Of a stretch of 64,000 nt of DNA, positions 36,109 through 45,575 are shown piece by piece (the first letter of the stretch is position 1; every line of letters starts with the position of its first letter). Both the position numbers and the translations under genes were made by a program. Below the pieces are notes generated by a model that was not told the origin of the DNA, searched no databases, and worked only from the letters and a program-made list of their open reading frames with translations. The stretch is from a virus: the IMG/VR virus record IMGVR_UViG_3300000553_000005, positions 32,001 to 96,000 of that record. One strand, 5' to 3'.

Positions 36109-36389
36109 TGTTAGATGGAACTGAATACTTTGAATGTGCTTGCGGGGGTGATGAACACACTCTCCGTTTCATTATTGATAAAGAAGATAAAAGACTATAC
36201 ACTTCTGTATTCCTTAATGATTACCAATCTATTTGGAAGCGTGTTTGGATCGCCATTAAATATATTTTTGGCTATAAGTGCCAGTATGGTCATTGGGATT
36301 ACTGGATCATGCGTTACGAAGATATTCCTAGAATGAGAGAGATGCTAGACAAAATGGATGGGGCAGACCCAACTAAGGAGAAATCGTGA
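36108..36389 (+). CDS. Hypothetical protein
   Basis: FECACGGDEH...WKRVWIAIKYIFG motif; overlapping start/stop. Confidence 0.65.
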   Translation: MLDGTEYFECACGGDEHTLRFIIDKEDKRLYTSVFLNDYQSIWKRVWIAIKYIFGYKCQYGHWDYWIMRYEDIPRMREMLDKMDGADPTKEKS

Positions 36390-36751
36390 TAGGTTCAATC
36401 TTAGCTTTAATCTGGCTCCATTTCATTGCTGATTTTGTGCTTCAGACTGATAAGATGGCTATCAATAAGAGTTCCAACAATCTGTGGCTCGGTTTTCATG
36501 TTCTGGTTTACACAACGGTCCTTCTTCTTTTTGGTTGGCAGTTTGCCCTGTTGAATGGAGTTGCTCACTTCTTAACAGATTGGATAACTTCTAGGGTAAC
36601 TTCCTATCTTTGGAAAAAAGAAAAGCGTCATTGGTTTTTTACAGTTATAGGCTTGGATCAGGCCATTCACATGACCACTCTTATCCTTATATTTAACTAC
36701 TTTTTTAAGAATTTCATCCATATGCCTCTAGTCAGTTGGATAATGAAGTAA
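36386..36751 (+). CDS. DUF3307-like membrane protein
   Basis: HFIADFVLQT...HVLVY...HFLTD...GLDQAIH. Confidence 0.8.
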   Translation: MIGSILALIWLHFIADFVLQTDKMAINKSSNNLWLGFHVLVYTTVLLLFGWQFALLNGVAHFLTDWITSRVTSYLWKKEKRHWFFTVIGLDQAIHMTTLILIFNYFFKNFIHMPLVSWIMK

Positions 36752-36787
36752 GTATACAACTTTTCTCTCCTTTTATTGGAGGGAAAA

Positions 36788-37180
36788 ATGTTGAGTCATA
36801 TAATTAATGTAGTTTATAGTGTTTTTAGGGAAAAATTAGTAAAAAAGGTAACAAGAAGTCCTGAATGGCCGAAAGTCGAGAAAGAACATCTTGAGTCTCA
36901 ACCATTTTGTGCAGCGTGTGGGGGAAAGGACCGACTTCAAGTTCATCATCAGCAGCCTTTCCACTCTGATCCAGCTTTGGAACTTGATCCTCATAATCTT
37001 ATAACTCTTTGTATGTCTACATTAGAGTGCCACCTCCGAATCGGCCACGGTGGCTCATTTAAGCAATATAACCCAAACGTTGTAGCTGATTGTATAACTC
37101 TCACCCTTCACCCCGATCAGAGATCTGTTATTGAAAAGAAAGCTTTTGACTCAAGAAAACCGAATGAACCTGGAGATTAA
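36788..37180 (+). CDS. Small HNH endonuclease
   Basis: CAACG...LQVHH...NLITLC...CHLRIGH. Confidence 0.8.
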   Translation: MLSHIINVVYSVFREKLVKKVTRSPEWPKVEKEHLESQPFCAACGGKDRLQVHHQQPFHSDPALELDPHNLITLCMSTLECHLRIGHGGSFKQYNPNVVADCITLTLHPDQRSVIEKKAFDSRKPNEPGD

Positions 37181-37269
37181 GGCTTAAAATTTGCGTATCG
37201 TTTTTTCTTCTCGGTAATTGAGTATTAACACAAGAGGGACGAGTTCCCCCCATTTTAAAGGAGCATTAC

Positions 37270-37482
37270 ATGGCAAGACATACTGGTAACCGCTGGACTA
37301 ATTACAGCACTGCTACACTCGTTGATATGGCTGCGGCTGGCTACACTCGCTCTGAGATCGCCACCCGCCTTCAGCGCACTCCCATCGCTATCAAGCGTAA
37401 GATGCATTCCTTGAAGTATCATTTTGTTCGTAATTTGAATTTCGGTCAGTTTGCAAATATTGTCCTTAATTCTAATGAGTAA
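37270..37482 (+). CDS. Small HTH-like DNA-binding protein
   Basis: RWT...GYTRSEIATRLQRTPIAIKRK; GGAG RBS. Confidence 0.65.
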   Translation: MARHTGNRWTNYSTATLVDMAAAGYTRSEIATRLQRTPIAIKRKMHSLKYHFVRNLNFGQFANIVLNSNE

Positions 37483-37485
37483 ATT

Positions 37486-37592
37486 TTTTGCCTTGGGCGG
37501 CGTGGACAGATCAGCCTTCAAGCACAGTAAGGCCAGCCTTGTGCTGGTTACGGACTAACGCTGGTGTAAACGAAACCCGCTCCAAGGTAAAA
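37486..37592 (+). ncRNA. Unclassified structured RNA F (107 nt)
   Basis: Closing helix TTTTGCCTTGG.GCGG/CCGC.T.CCAAGGTAAAA; internal ATCAGC/GCTGGT, AGCAC/GTGCT; ends 9 nt before tRNA-Lys. Confidence 0.5.
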
Positions 37593-37601
37593 GACTACTA
37601 T

Positions 37602-37679
37602 GGTCCCATAACTCAGGCCGGATAGAGTACCGCCCTTTTAAGGCGAAAGTCACAGGTTCAAATCCTGTTGGGATCACCA
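37602..37679 (+). tRNA. tRNA-Lys(UUU)
   Basis: GGTCCCA/TGGGATC-A-CCA; CGCC-CTTTTAA-GGCG; ACAGG-TTCAAAT-CCTGT. Confidence 0.88.
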
Positions 37680-37698
37680 TTTTTCTTATGGGGAAGTC

Positions 37699-39123
37699 AT
37701 GAAGCTGAATTTGGGTTGCGGATTTAACCATTTAGAAGGATTTGTCAATGTAGATCAGCACCCTTCAACCGGTGCTGATTTCATTTGGAATCTTGAAACT
37801 CTCCCTTGGCCGTGGGAGGATAGCTCTGTAGAAGAAATTCAATTAACTCATGTTCTTGAGCATATTGGACAGCAAACAAATAAATACTTGGCTATCATTA
37901 AAGAAATCTATAGAGTTTGTGCCCCGGATGCTAGGGTTACTATTGAAGTCCCTCATCCTTTGCACCCCGATTACTTAGGTGATCCTACTCATTGTAGACC
38001 AGTGACTTATGAAAGTCTTCGTCTGTTTGATTTAGATTTTGCTGATATGCTTATTGCTCATCATAGCCCTGGAACCCCCTTAGCTAGGTTTATGAAAGTT
38101 GATCTTCAAGTAGTAGACCATTTACAATTTTTTGATTCAGACAGAGGGATTCTTCAAGTAAGCAGAATGATTTTGAGAGTTAAGAAGCCATTTAGGGAAT
38201 TACCAGAAGAAATTTCTATCTGTGAAATGAGTATGGGCCTAGGGGATATTTGCATGGCTTTGTGTGTAGCTAAAGCTCTGGCTCATAAAAATTACAAGAT
38301 ACATTTTGTTACGATACCTAAATGGCACGATCTTATCAAGGCTTGCCCACACGTTAGTTCCGTTAGTTCTAAACAGACTGCTAAGGATATTTATCTTTCC
38401 CCTGCTTGGTTCCAACTTCAAGCTGCCCATCAGGTAGACACTTTATTAAAAGCTTGCGGAGTGACTGATGTTTCTAACCATTTTAAATCTTTAGATTTAA
38501 ATATTTCCCCTTCTGTTCTTGAAAATATTCAAACAAGATTTCCTGGAAATAAAAGAATAGCCATTAATCCTGCTTGTAATACAGAGAATCGTAGGTGGCC
38601 TATTGAATATTGGAAAGAATTAGTTCGTTTACTTCAAACTTCAGGAATAGAAGTATGTTCTTTAGGGATGACATCTTGGTATGGAGTTAATAATTCTCAT
38701 CAATTTGAAGGAGTCACTAATGTTTTTGATCTCTCTACTTTTGAAGCTATAGCTTTTTTACGACAATGTAAAGTATTAGTTTCGGGAGATTCAGGTCCAA
38801 TTCAACTGGCCGGGGCTACTGATTGCGGTATTGTAGGATTATACTCAGTTGTCTCGTCCCAATGGAGGCTACCTTTCCGTCATGGAGAATTAGGATGGAA
38901 CGCTATTGGATTAAATTCTACCTGTCCTCATGCTCCCTGCTTCCCTAAATTAGTGAAGGATACAAATTTTTTATGGTCCAATGAAGCTCAAGCTTCTCTC
39001 AATTCTGGGGTATCTATGGGTGATCTTGTTAGAAATTGGTGCCCCAACGGTGCTATCACTTGTATGCAAGAAATTCCGGTATCTATGGTATATGATTCGG
39101 TTATGAAATTATGGAATACTTAA
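37699..39123 (+). CDS. SAM-methyltransferase-like domain fused to GT9 (heptosyltransferase-like) glycosyltransferase
   Basis: N-terminal KLNLGCG...HVLEHI...DPTH; C-terminal MGLGDI...RRWPIEYW...VSGDSGPIQLAGA. Confidence 0.85.
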   Translation: MKLNLGCGFNHLEGFVNVDQHPSTGADFIWNLETLPWPWEDSSVEEIQLTHVLEHIGQQTNKYLAIIKEIYRVCAPDARVTIEVPHPLHPDYLGDPTHCRPVTYESLRLFDLDFADMLIAHHSPGTPLARFMKVDLQVVDHLQFFDSDRGILQVSRMILRVKKPFRELPEEISICEMSMGLGDICMALCVAKALAHKNYKIHFVTIPKWHDLIKACPHVSSVSSKQTAKDIYLSPAWFQLQAAHQVDTLLKACGVTDVSNHFKSLDLNISPSVLENIQTRFPGNKRIAINPACNTENRRWPIEYWKELVRLLQTSGIEVCSLGMTSWYGVNNSHQFEGVTNVFDLSTFEAIAFLRQCKVLVSGDSGPIQLAGATDCGIVGLYSVVSSQWRLPFRHGELGWNAIGLNSTCPHAPCFPKLVKDTNFLWSNEAQASLNSGVSMGDLVRNWCPNGAITCMQEIPVSMVYDSVMKLWNT

Positions 39124-39152
39124 TTTCCACCTCTTTATAAGAGAGGTGAACT

Positions 39153-39425
39153 ATGACCGATCAAACTAAATTTACTTGGGTCTGTCAGAAGATTTTGGCT
39201 GATGACCCTGGATCTGTGGTTGTGGAGTGGGACACTTTTAACGTGGGTCTTCTAGAGGATGGCTCTTTTAGAACGGTTTATTCCTGTTGGTCCCAGGAAG
39301 ATGCAGATTTTCTTTTAGCTTCCCTCCGCTGGTACTCCGATTTTCAAGAACAGGGAATTATGTCTTCCTTGCCTAAAACTATTAGACCAAAAAGAGTAAT
39401 ATCTAAAAGAGTGAGGAAAACTTAA
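39153..39425 (+). CDS. Hypothetical protein
   Basis: GAGGTG RBS. Confidence 0.6.
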   Translation: MTDQTKFTWVCQKILADDPGSVVVEWDTFNVGLLEDGSFRTVYSCWSQEDADFLLASLRWYSDFQEQGIMSSLPKTIRPKRVISKRVRKT

Positions 39426-39435
39426 AGGAGTTTTT

Positions 39436-39657
39436 ATGCCAATGGAACACTATTATATTCAAGTAGACTCGGAAACTAAAGAAGGGAGACTTGAATTACG
39501 TTTTGGCACTAAAGTTGAATGTCAGCCAATTAGAAATTTCAAATTAATTGAAAGTCGGGAGATTACTTACCACACTACTGAAGGTGATGTGATCTGTACG
39601 GATTCCGGCCCCAAGAATATTAGTCTCTCAATGATGGGAGTAGACCTAGAGGAGTAA
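39436..39657 (+). CDS. Hypothetical protein
   Basis: AAGGAG RBS. Confidence 0.6.
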   Translation: MPMEHYYIQVDSETKEGRLELRFGTKVECQPIRNFKLIESREITYHTTEGDVICTDSGPKNISLSMMGVDLEE

Positions 39658-39659
39658 CT

Positions 39660-40058
39660 ATGAAAGTAGCTATTATTGGTTCAAGGAATTTCATTGATAA
39701 AATGCTACTAGAACAAGCTATTCAAGAATCAGGTTTTAATATTACTGAAGAATGTTGTGGCGAAGCTCCAGGTGCAGATACTTTGGGTAGAGTATGGGCT
39801 GAAGAAAAAGGAATCCCAGTAGTCTCTTTCCCTGCTGATTGGGATAATCTAGATGTTCCAGGTGCAATAATTAGAGTTAACGCATGGGGTAAAAAATATA
39901 ATGTTAGAGCGGGAAAAGATCGAAATACTAAGATGATCACGTACGCCGATGCTATCATAGCCTTCTGGGATGGATCTTCTCCTGGGACACGCCATAGTAT
40001 TAGAGAGGCTGAACGTTTGAAGAAACCTATTTTTATAAAACAATTTCATACGGATTAA
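39660..40058 (+). CDS. SLOG-superfamily (DUF2493/YspA-like) protein
   Basis: KVAIIGSRNF...GEAPGADTLG...AGKDRNTKM...AFWDGSSPGT. Confidence 0.85.
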   Translation: MKVAIIGSRNFIDKMLLEQAIQESGFNITEECCGEAPGADTLGRVWAEEKGIPVVSFPADWDNLDVPGAIIRVNAWGKKYNVRAGKDRNTKMITYADAIIAFWDGSSPGTRHSIREAERLKKPIFIKQFHTD

Positions 40059-40117
40059 TTTTCGATAAGAAATGGATTGAAACTAGTTTTTTATTATAAT
40101 AGAGAAGAGGAAATTAT

Positions 40118-40342
40118 ATGATTCATCAACATGAAAAACGCACTATCGAAATTCTAAGGATGATTCAAAGAGGAAATGGTCTGATTCGTGAGGCGGCTCT
40201 TCCCCATAAAGATGATTTAATTATGTTTCGTTTGACCAGTAAGGGGTTTATAAAAGCTATTGGATCTAACGTTGATACCGGAGAATCCCTTTTTAGCATT
40301 ACTAAAGAGGGTGAAAAAGAAGCCGGAAGAAACGAAAATTGA
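40118..40342 (+). CDS. Small winged-helix-like hypothetical protein
   Basis: GAGG RBS; L..KGFI...FSITKEG pattern. Confidence 0.5.
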   Translation: MIHQHEKRTIEILRMIQRGNGLIREAALPHKDDLIMFRLTSKGFIKAIGSNVDTGESLFSITKEGEKEAGRNEN

Positions 40343-40367
40343 GTATTAACTAGGTAGAAGGAAGTCT

Positions 40368-42323
40368 ATGGACCCGCTTGAAGAAGAGGTATGCCCTCTG
40401 ATTACTCCCTATACTGAAAAATTAAATGTCCCCCATAAGACATTAGAACTTCTGTATAGTATCAGAACCCATGATCCTGAAACTGGTCCTATCCCCATTA
40501 CTTACCCTCCAACTGTTCGCACCATTATGAAGAATGGTAAAGAACTCAAAATTCGTAACTATCAAACTCAGTCCATTGCTCATTTCATCAAAATGCCTCG
40601 ACATATTGATGGTCACGGAGTCGGGCTAGGGAAGTCACTTATGGCGATTGTGGCATCAGCTTACAAAATATCTAAAAACCCTAATTTAAAAGTTATAGTT
40701 ATGGGAACCAAATCCACCACTTATCAGTGGAAGGGAGAATACGAAAATTTCACCACTTTAAACGTTGAAGTTCTTCAGGATACCTATAACAAAATGAAGG
40801 GGTCTGAAGCTCGACTGGCTCAGATAGAAAATTTTCTAAAATCTAAAACTCAGAACATTTTGATTTGCAAATACACCTCCTTAGTTGGTCGAAGGCGCAC
40901 TATTGAAGGGGAGTTTGATCAAGATGGCAATCCGCTTACTAAAGGTGCTAAAGAGGAGATTTCTCCAGAGGTCCAAGCTCTCATTGATCTCATGAAAAGT
41001 TATGGTGAGAATGTCATTTTAGTGTGTGATGAGGCCCAAAAATTTAAATCCACTACTTCTCAAATTAGGCGTATGATTCTTAAATTGCAGCCGCATATTG
41101 GCGTGATATGGGCCATGACCGCTACTATCATTCAAAATTCTCTTGAAGAAATGTATTCAATCGCCTGTGCCATAGGGATTCGTCCCTTTGGTGCCATGAC
41201 TCTATTTCGTGATCGTTTCTGTATATATAAGCAAGTTCATGTGGGTAGAGGGGTAATGAAGGATGTTTTGGTCGGTTATAAAAATGTAAAAGAATTTAAG
41301 ATTGGGATGAGGCCATTTTATTATGGACGTTCACAGGCACAAGTAAAAGAACCTTTACCGAAATTAACTACTATTTATCACCCTGTTGATTTGGATAAGA
41401 AGCAATCTAAATTGCTCCTTGAAGACATCCCTAATGGTAATTTTATTTTACCTCCATCCATTCGTAAAAAAGGGGGCGAACTCTACGAAAAAGAGCGTGA
41501 CCCCAATAATATGATGACTCAACTCTCTGTTTATCAGTTAGTTGCTAATCACCCTGCACTCCTTGATCCAGGTAACAAAGCTGAATTTTACACAAAGAAG
41601 TTATCTCCCAAGGAAGAAATGCTTCTGGACCTTCTGGACGGTGATCTTGAGGGAGAGAAGGTCATTGTCTTTACCAAAAGTAGATCCTGGATTGACCGTT
41701 TTGAAAAACTTTTTGAAATGGGTGAATTTGGAGATAGAAAATTTCTTCGCATTACCGGGGCTGAAAATGAAAAAGAACGAGATGTTGTTAAGAAACTATT
41801 CCAAGAAAATCCAAACCATACCCTTTTATTTATCAATAGCGCAGCCTCAGAGGGGGTCAATCTCCAACAGGCGGCTCATATGGTCATGCTGGACGCTCCC
41901 TGGTCCTGGGGTCAATTGCTGCAAACTGTGGGCCGTATGGTGAGAATGGCTAGTCCTCACTCAGCTTGCTCCCTTCATATTATCCCGGCCAGAGGTACTA
42001 TTGACGAATATGCCATTGAAGCTCTCAAAGGGAAGGGTCAGTTATTTGAAATTATCCTTGGGGAATCCTATTCGGCGGGAGTATTATCAGAAGATGGTAA
42101 TGATCTTGATCTTGCCTCCGGAATGGAAAAATTGAATGACGATGAAGAATTTAAAAAATTATTGAAGGTTCATGTTAAGACAACTAAAATGGGGGATTTC
42201 TTGAATGGCTCTATGTTAGAAGAAGCTCAAGATCAGGAAGGTTACAAAATGGCCTTTGAAAAGGGTAAGAAGAAGTCAGTAATAATAAAGGAAGAGCTAG
42301 ATTTCTCTAAATGGAACTTCTAA
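40368..42323 (+). CDS. SNF2-family helicase/ATPase
   Basis: RNYQ, GVGLGKS, CDEAQ, MTAT, KVIVFT, EGVNLQ, QTVGRMVRM. Confidence 0.9.
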   Translation: MDPLEEEVCPLITPYTEKLNVPHKTLELLYSIRTHDPETGPIPITYPPTVRTIMKNGKELKIRNYQTQSIAHFIKMPRHIDGHGVGLGKSLMAIVASAYKISKNPNLKVIVMGTKSTTYQWKGEYENFTTLNVEVLQDTYNKMKGSEARLAQIENFLKSKTQNILICKYTSLVGRRRTIEGEFDQDGNPLTKGAKEEISPEVQALIDLMKSYGENVILVCDEAQKFKSTTSQIRRMILKLQPHIGVIWAMTATIIQNSLEEMYSIACAIGIRPFGAMTLFRDRFCIYKQVHVGRGVMKDVLVGYKNVKEFKIGMRPFYYGRSQAQVKEPLPKLTTIYHPVDLDKKQSKLLLEDIPNGNFILPPSIRKKGGELYEKERDPNNMMTQLSVYQLVANHPALLDPGNKAEFYTKKLSPKEEMLLDLLDGDLEGEKVIVFTKSRSWIDRFEKLFEMGEFGDRKFLRITGAENEKERDVVKKLFQENPNHTLLFINSAASEGVNLQQAAHMVMLDAPWSWGQLLQTVGRMVRMASPHSACSLHIIPARGTIDEYAIEALKGKGQLFEIILGESYSAGVLSEDGNDLDLASGMEKLNDDEEFKKLLKVHVKTTKMGDFLNGSMLEEAQDQEGYKMAFEKGKKKSVIIKEELDFSKWNF

Positions 42324-43018
42324 TGGAAACAAAATTTGGTGTCTGCCCAATTTGTAATGGAACTGGGTTAAAAATTACCAACAAAGAATTTAGTATGGAA
42401 GAGTGCGAATGTATTCAAATTGAAAAAATTCGTAATCATGTAAAAGAATTAAAAGCATCTAAATTCTTAACTAGCACTCCTCTTTTACACTATTTGAATG
42501 AAGGAAGGGATATAATTATAGAGTCTGACGATTTTGAAGCAGTTCGATGTCATTTAAAAACCGCTTTAGTTCTAAATAGAGGATTTAAATCTTTTAAGAT
42601 TGTAAACCCCGGCCATTTGGTAGCTCTCTCTATTGAAAATCCTACTCTTATTGAAAATATCGACTTACTTGTTATTGAATGTTCTGTATTTCCTCATTAT
42701 GATAATGCCGCAAAACGACACGAATTTACTATGGCAACTAGAAATTCTCTTGGGAAGCCTACTTGGTTCGTCATTAAAGGAAATTTCCCTGCATTTAAAT
42801 GTGTAAAAAACAACATTTATACACCTGGATTTCTGGACGTTTTAAACAAATATGCTGTAGTGAGAATTAGCAGAGAAAAAACTAATAGCTTGATTAAATC
42901 TCCTAATGTAAAAGATGAAATTAAAACCAATAGGGGTGCAGGAATAATGGGAGTAACAAGTCGATTGTTAGACTTTAATCCTGAGATTGACAAACGATTA
43001 CATGATATCAAGGAGTAA
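42311..43018 (+). CDS. DnaC/IstB-like protein with Zn finger and degenerate ATPase
   Basis: CPICNGTG...CEC; DLLVI and RNSLGKPTW pattern; no Walker A visible. Confidence 0.45.
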   Translation: MELLMETKFGVCPICNGTGLKITNKEFSMEECECIQIEKIRNHVKELKASKFLTSTPLLHYLNEGRDIIIESDDFEAVRCHLKTALVLNRGFKSFKIVNPGHLVALSIENPTLIENIDLLVIECSVFPHYDNAAKRHEFTMATRNSLGKPTWFVIKGNFPAFKCVKNNIYTPGFLDVLNKYAVVRISREKTNSLIKSPNVKDEIKTNRGAGIMGVTSRLLDFNPEIDKRLHDIKE

Positions 43019-43020
43019 CA

Positions 43021-43368
43021 ATGCCAGAGAAACGTTTACTGGTGACAGGAATGACTCTTAGCCTAGATTTGAAAGACCTTAATTATGGCGCTGGGCAGAG
43101 TCGGTTTATAAACATTAAGAGTGAGGTTCCTGAAGGGGCAGAAGGTGTCCCCATTGAGGAAATGGACTATCTAGTTGATCAAAGTCTAGATATGCATTTG
43201 ATCATGTGGGAAAGCATTCAAATCGCCAAATATAGTGCAGGAGAACTAACTGGAAAAGATGCTTTGGCCTCTATTGACAAAGCTAAATCTAGAATTAGGA
43301 AAATCAGAGAATTTATGAAATCTGAATCCAAAGAAAAACAGAGTATTGATGAATCAGGGGAGAAATAA
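43021..43368 (+). CDS. Hypothetical protein
   Basis: AAGGAG RBS; within the replication operon. Confidence 0.65.
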   Translation: MPEKRLLVTGMTLSLDLKDLNYGAGQSRFINIKSEVPEGAEGVPIEEMDYLVDQSLDMHLIMWESIQIAKYSAGELTGKDALASIDKAKSRIRKIREFMKSESKEKQSIDESGEK

Positions 43369-44670
43369 ATGAGTACGGAAATTTTAAATGCACTTAAAGC
43401 TGAAACCATTCTAAATGGAACTACTATCTTAGGTCAAACTCAGAATTTGAATAGCACTCTAAAGTATAAGACTGACAAAAATTCTTATAGTTTTGAGGAT
43501 TACTTCCATATCTTAAACGCTGAATTACAGGGGATAGAGCGAATCGAACTCTCTCCCGTAATCCCTCCAGGGGGCGCACAGTCTTATCTCGCAGAGCTTT
43601 CCACCGCTCTCCAACTTATAACAGACAAAATCGAATCTGCTCATACTAAGGCTATTTATTTTGAGGGGAAATTAAAATCTGCGGCTCATTTACGTGATAA
43701 TCTTCAAGCTACTTTCTCCGCTTGGTACCTTATTGCTATCTCTGAAAGACTAAAATTTTATGATATAAAACTCCCAGCCTCTACTCAAAGGGCTTTAGCT
43801 GAATCCGAATTTTCAAGGTTGGTGGGAGATGAAGATTTAAATATAGACGGTCTTATTTCGGCAGTTGAAGTTATGATTGTTCACCTAAAAGAAATGAAGA
43901 AGATCGCTAACGAAAAATATAAGCTTGGGGCGGATCAAGCTAATGCCTCTATTACTAATCTTCCGTTTAATGGGGTATCCGAAGGTAGTCAATTCTCCCT
44001 TCTTAAGCAACGTTGGGATATGAAATCAGAAATTAAATCAGATCCGGAATATGATGATATTATAACCGAAGAAGAACCAGCATATATTCAAAAACAGGAA
44101 CGCCAACATACGGAAATTCCAGAAGGTATTCACAAGATTATCAGTTCTCCTTCAGTGTTATTTGATGATGAAGTAACTGCTGAAGACCTAGAAACCAAAG
44201 CTCAAGAATGGCGCGAACAAGTAGAAAGAACTGCTGAAGGTGCCTATAGTAAGGCTGAGGATATGTTTCGTAGTTTATCCGAAGAAGAGTTAGCTAAGGT
44301 TAAGCCTATCACAGAGGAACAAGTTCATCAAGCTTTAGAAGAAGGAGCTAGGGATGTTGCTATAGCGACAGGAAAGACAGTGATTATAGAAGATTCTTTT
44401 GCAGGAACTGTCAAAATTACTGATACTAAAGCTGAATTAGTCCCATTAAAGAAGCGCACCATTAGTTTTGATGATGAAGATGACATGGAAGTTATTTCTG
44501 AATCAAAGCCAGCGAAAAAACCAGTAATAGAAGAAGTAATCTCTCCCAAAAAGAAGAAAGTAATTTCTTTTGATGATGAGGATATAGATTTTGGAATGGC
44601 TATTCCTGAACCAAAGTCGCCAGTAAGTAGGAAGAAAATTGATTTTGATGCGGAAGAATCCCCTTTTTAA
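43369..44670 (+). CDS. Hypothetical coiled-coil protein with acidic C-terminus
   Basis: Helical N-half; repeated KKxISFDDED at the C-terminus. Confidence 0.65.
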   Translation: MSTEILNALKAETILNGTTILGQTQNLNSTLKYKTDKNSYSFEDYFHILNAELQGIERIELSPVIPPGGAQSYLAELSTALQLITDKIESAHTKAIYFEGKLKSAAHLRDNLQATFSAWYLIAISERLKFYDIKLPASTQRALAESEFSRLVGDEDLNIDGLISAVEVMIVHLKEMKKIANEKYKLGADQANASITNLPFNGVSEGSQFSLLKQRWDMKSEIKSDPEYDDIITEEEPAYIQKQERQHTEIPEGIHKIISSPSVLFDDEVTAEDLETKAQEWREQVERTAEGAYSKAEDMFRSLSEEELAKVKPITEEQVHQALEEGARDVAIATGKTVIIEDSFAGTVKITDTKAELVPLKKRTISFDDEDDMEVISESKPAKKPVIEEVISPKKKKVISFDDEDIDFGMAIPEPKSPVSRKKIDFDAEESPF

Positions 44671-44698
44671 TTAGTAATAACCTAACAGGAGGCCACTA

Positions 44699-45460
44699 AT
44701 GGCAAAGCATTTTGAAGATGAGGATGAACTACCTAAGAAGTCCAGCAAGAAGGCGGCTGTGATGGATGATGAGGATGAAGTTACAGATAAGAAGACATCG
44801 ACTCCTGCTATTGTAGTTTCAGAAGACGATGATTGCGAGTTCGGTGATCAGAAGTTGATGCGCCGTGGGGACGGTCTTGATCGTGTTCGTCCTGCTAAGG
44901 GAGATGCGGTTCGTTTCGCCATCTATCCTGGAATCAAACCTAAGAAGGCCATGAACCATTACATTGACAAGAAGGGCACCTATCGTTGCCTCACTACTGA
45001 AGAAGCAGAGGGTATTTGTTGTAAACAACTTGGTCAACCCAACCTTCAAATCGTGGCTATCGTGGTGCATTATACTAATGCTAATACCAAGACCGGAAAG
45101 TACGCTCCAGACAATCACGATACAGAGTTTGAAATCAAATATGTGAACCTTTCCAGAACCAACTTTGCAGACATTTCTGCTTTGGTTCAGGAAGATGAGA
45201 AAGCCGATGATTTTGATATCGTCATGACTCATCGTGAGAACGGTATTGGTTATAAGATGGCGAGAGTAAGTAAGGAAGCTCGTTGGAAGAAAGATAAGAC
45301 CGTGACTAAAGCGGTTATTGAAGCTGTGGCTAAGTTTGAAGATGGGGCCTTGCTCACTAAGAAGCTTGGTAAGTACCTTAATCCTATTGAATGGAAGCAA
45401 TTCCTCTCTACTCTGGATACCACCTCTGAAGATGAGGATGGTGATAACAGCGATCTGTAA
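44699..45460 (+). CDS. Single-stranded DNA-binding protein (gp32-like, putative)
   Basis: His/Cys cluster, acidic tail EDEDGDNSDL, AGGAGG RBS, biased codons, position in the recombination operon. Confidence 0.6.
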   Translation: MAKHFEDEDELPKKSSKKAAVMDDEDEVTDKKTSTPAIVVSEDDDCEFGDQKLMRRGDGLDRVRPAKGDAVRFAIYPGIKPKKAMNHYIDKKGTYRCLTTEEAEGICCKQLGQPNLQIVAIVVHYTNANTKTGKYAPDNHDTEFEIKYVNLSRTNFADISALVQEDEKADDFDIVMTHRENGIGYKMARVSKEARWKKDKTVTKAVIEAVAKFEDGALLTKKLGKYLNPIEWKQFLSTLDTTSEDEDGDNSDL

Positions 45461-45575
45461 AAATTTAAAAAGACGCAATCAGCAATCTACCTCCTTAATA
45501 ATGGTAAAAGCGTCTTGAATTATCTAAACCGTGTCATCTGAGAAGGCCAGCCCGGTTTCTTCATTTGGAGTCAAA

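Noticed and set aside
44819-45496. 219-aa antisense ORF with an apparent AAGGAGGT RBS
   Set aside because: It is a shadow of the codon-biased SSB gene with no recognisable motifs. The CTCCTT tract also fits the plus-strand pyrimidine-rich promoter-like element.
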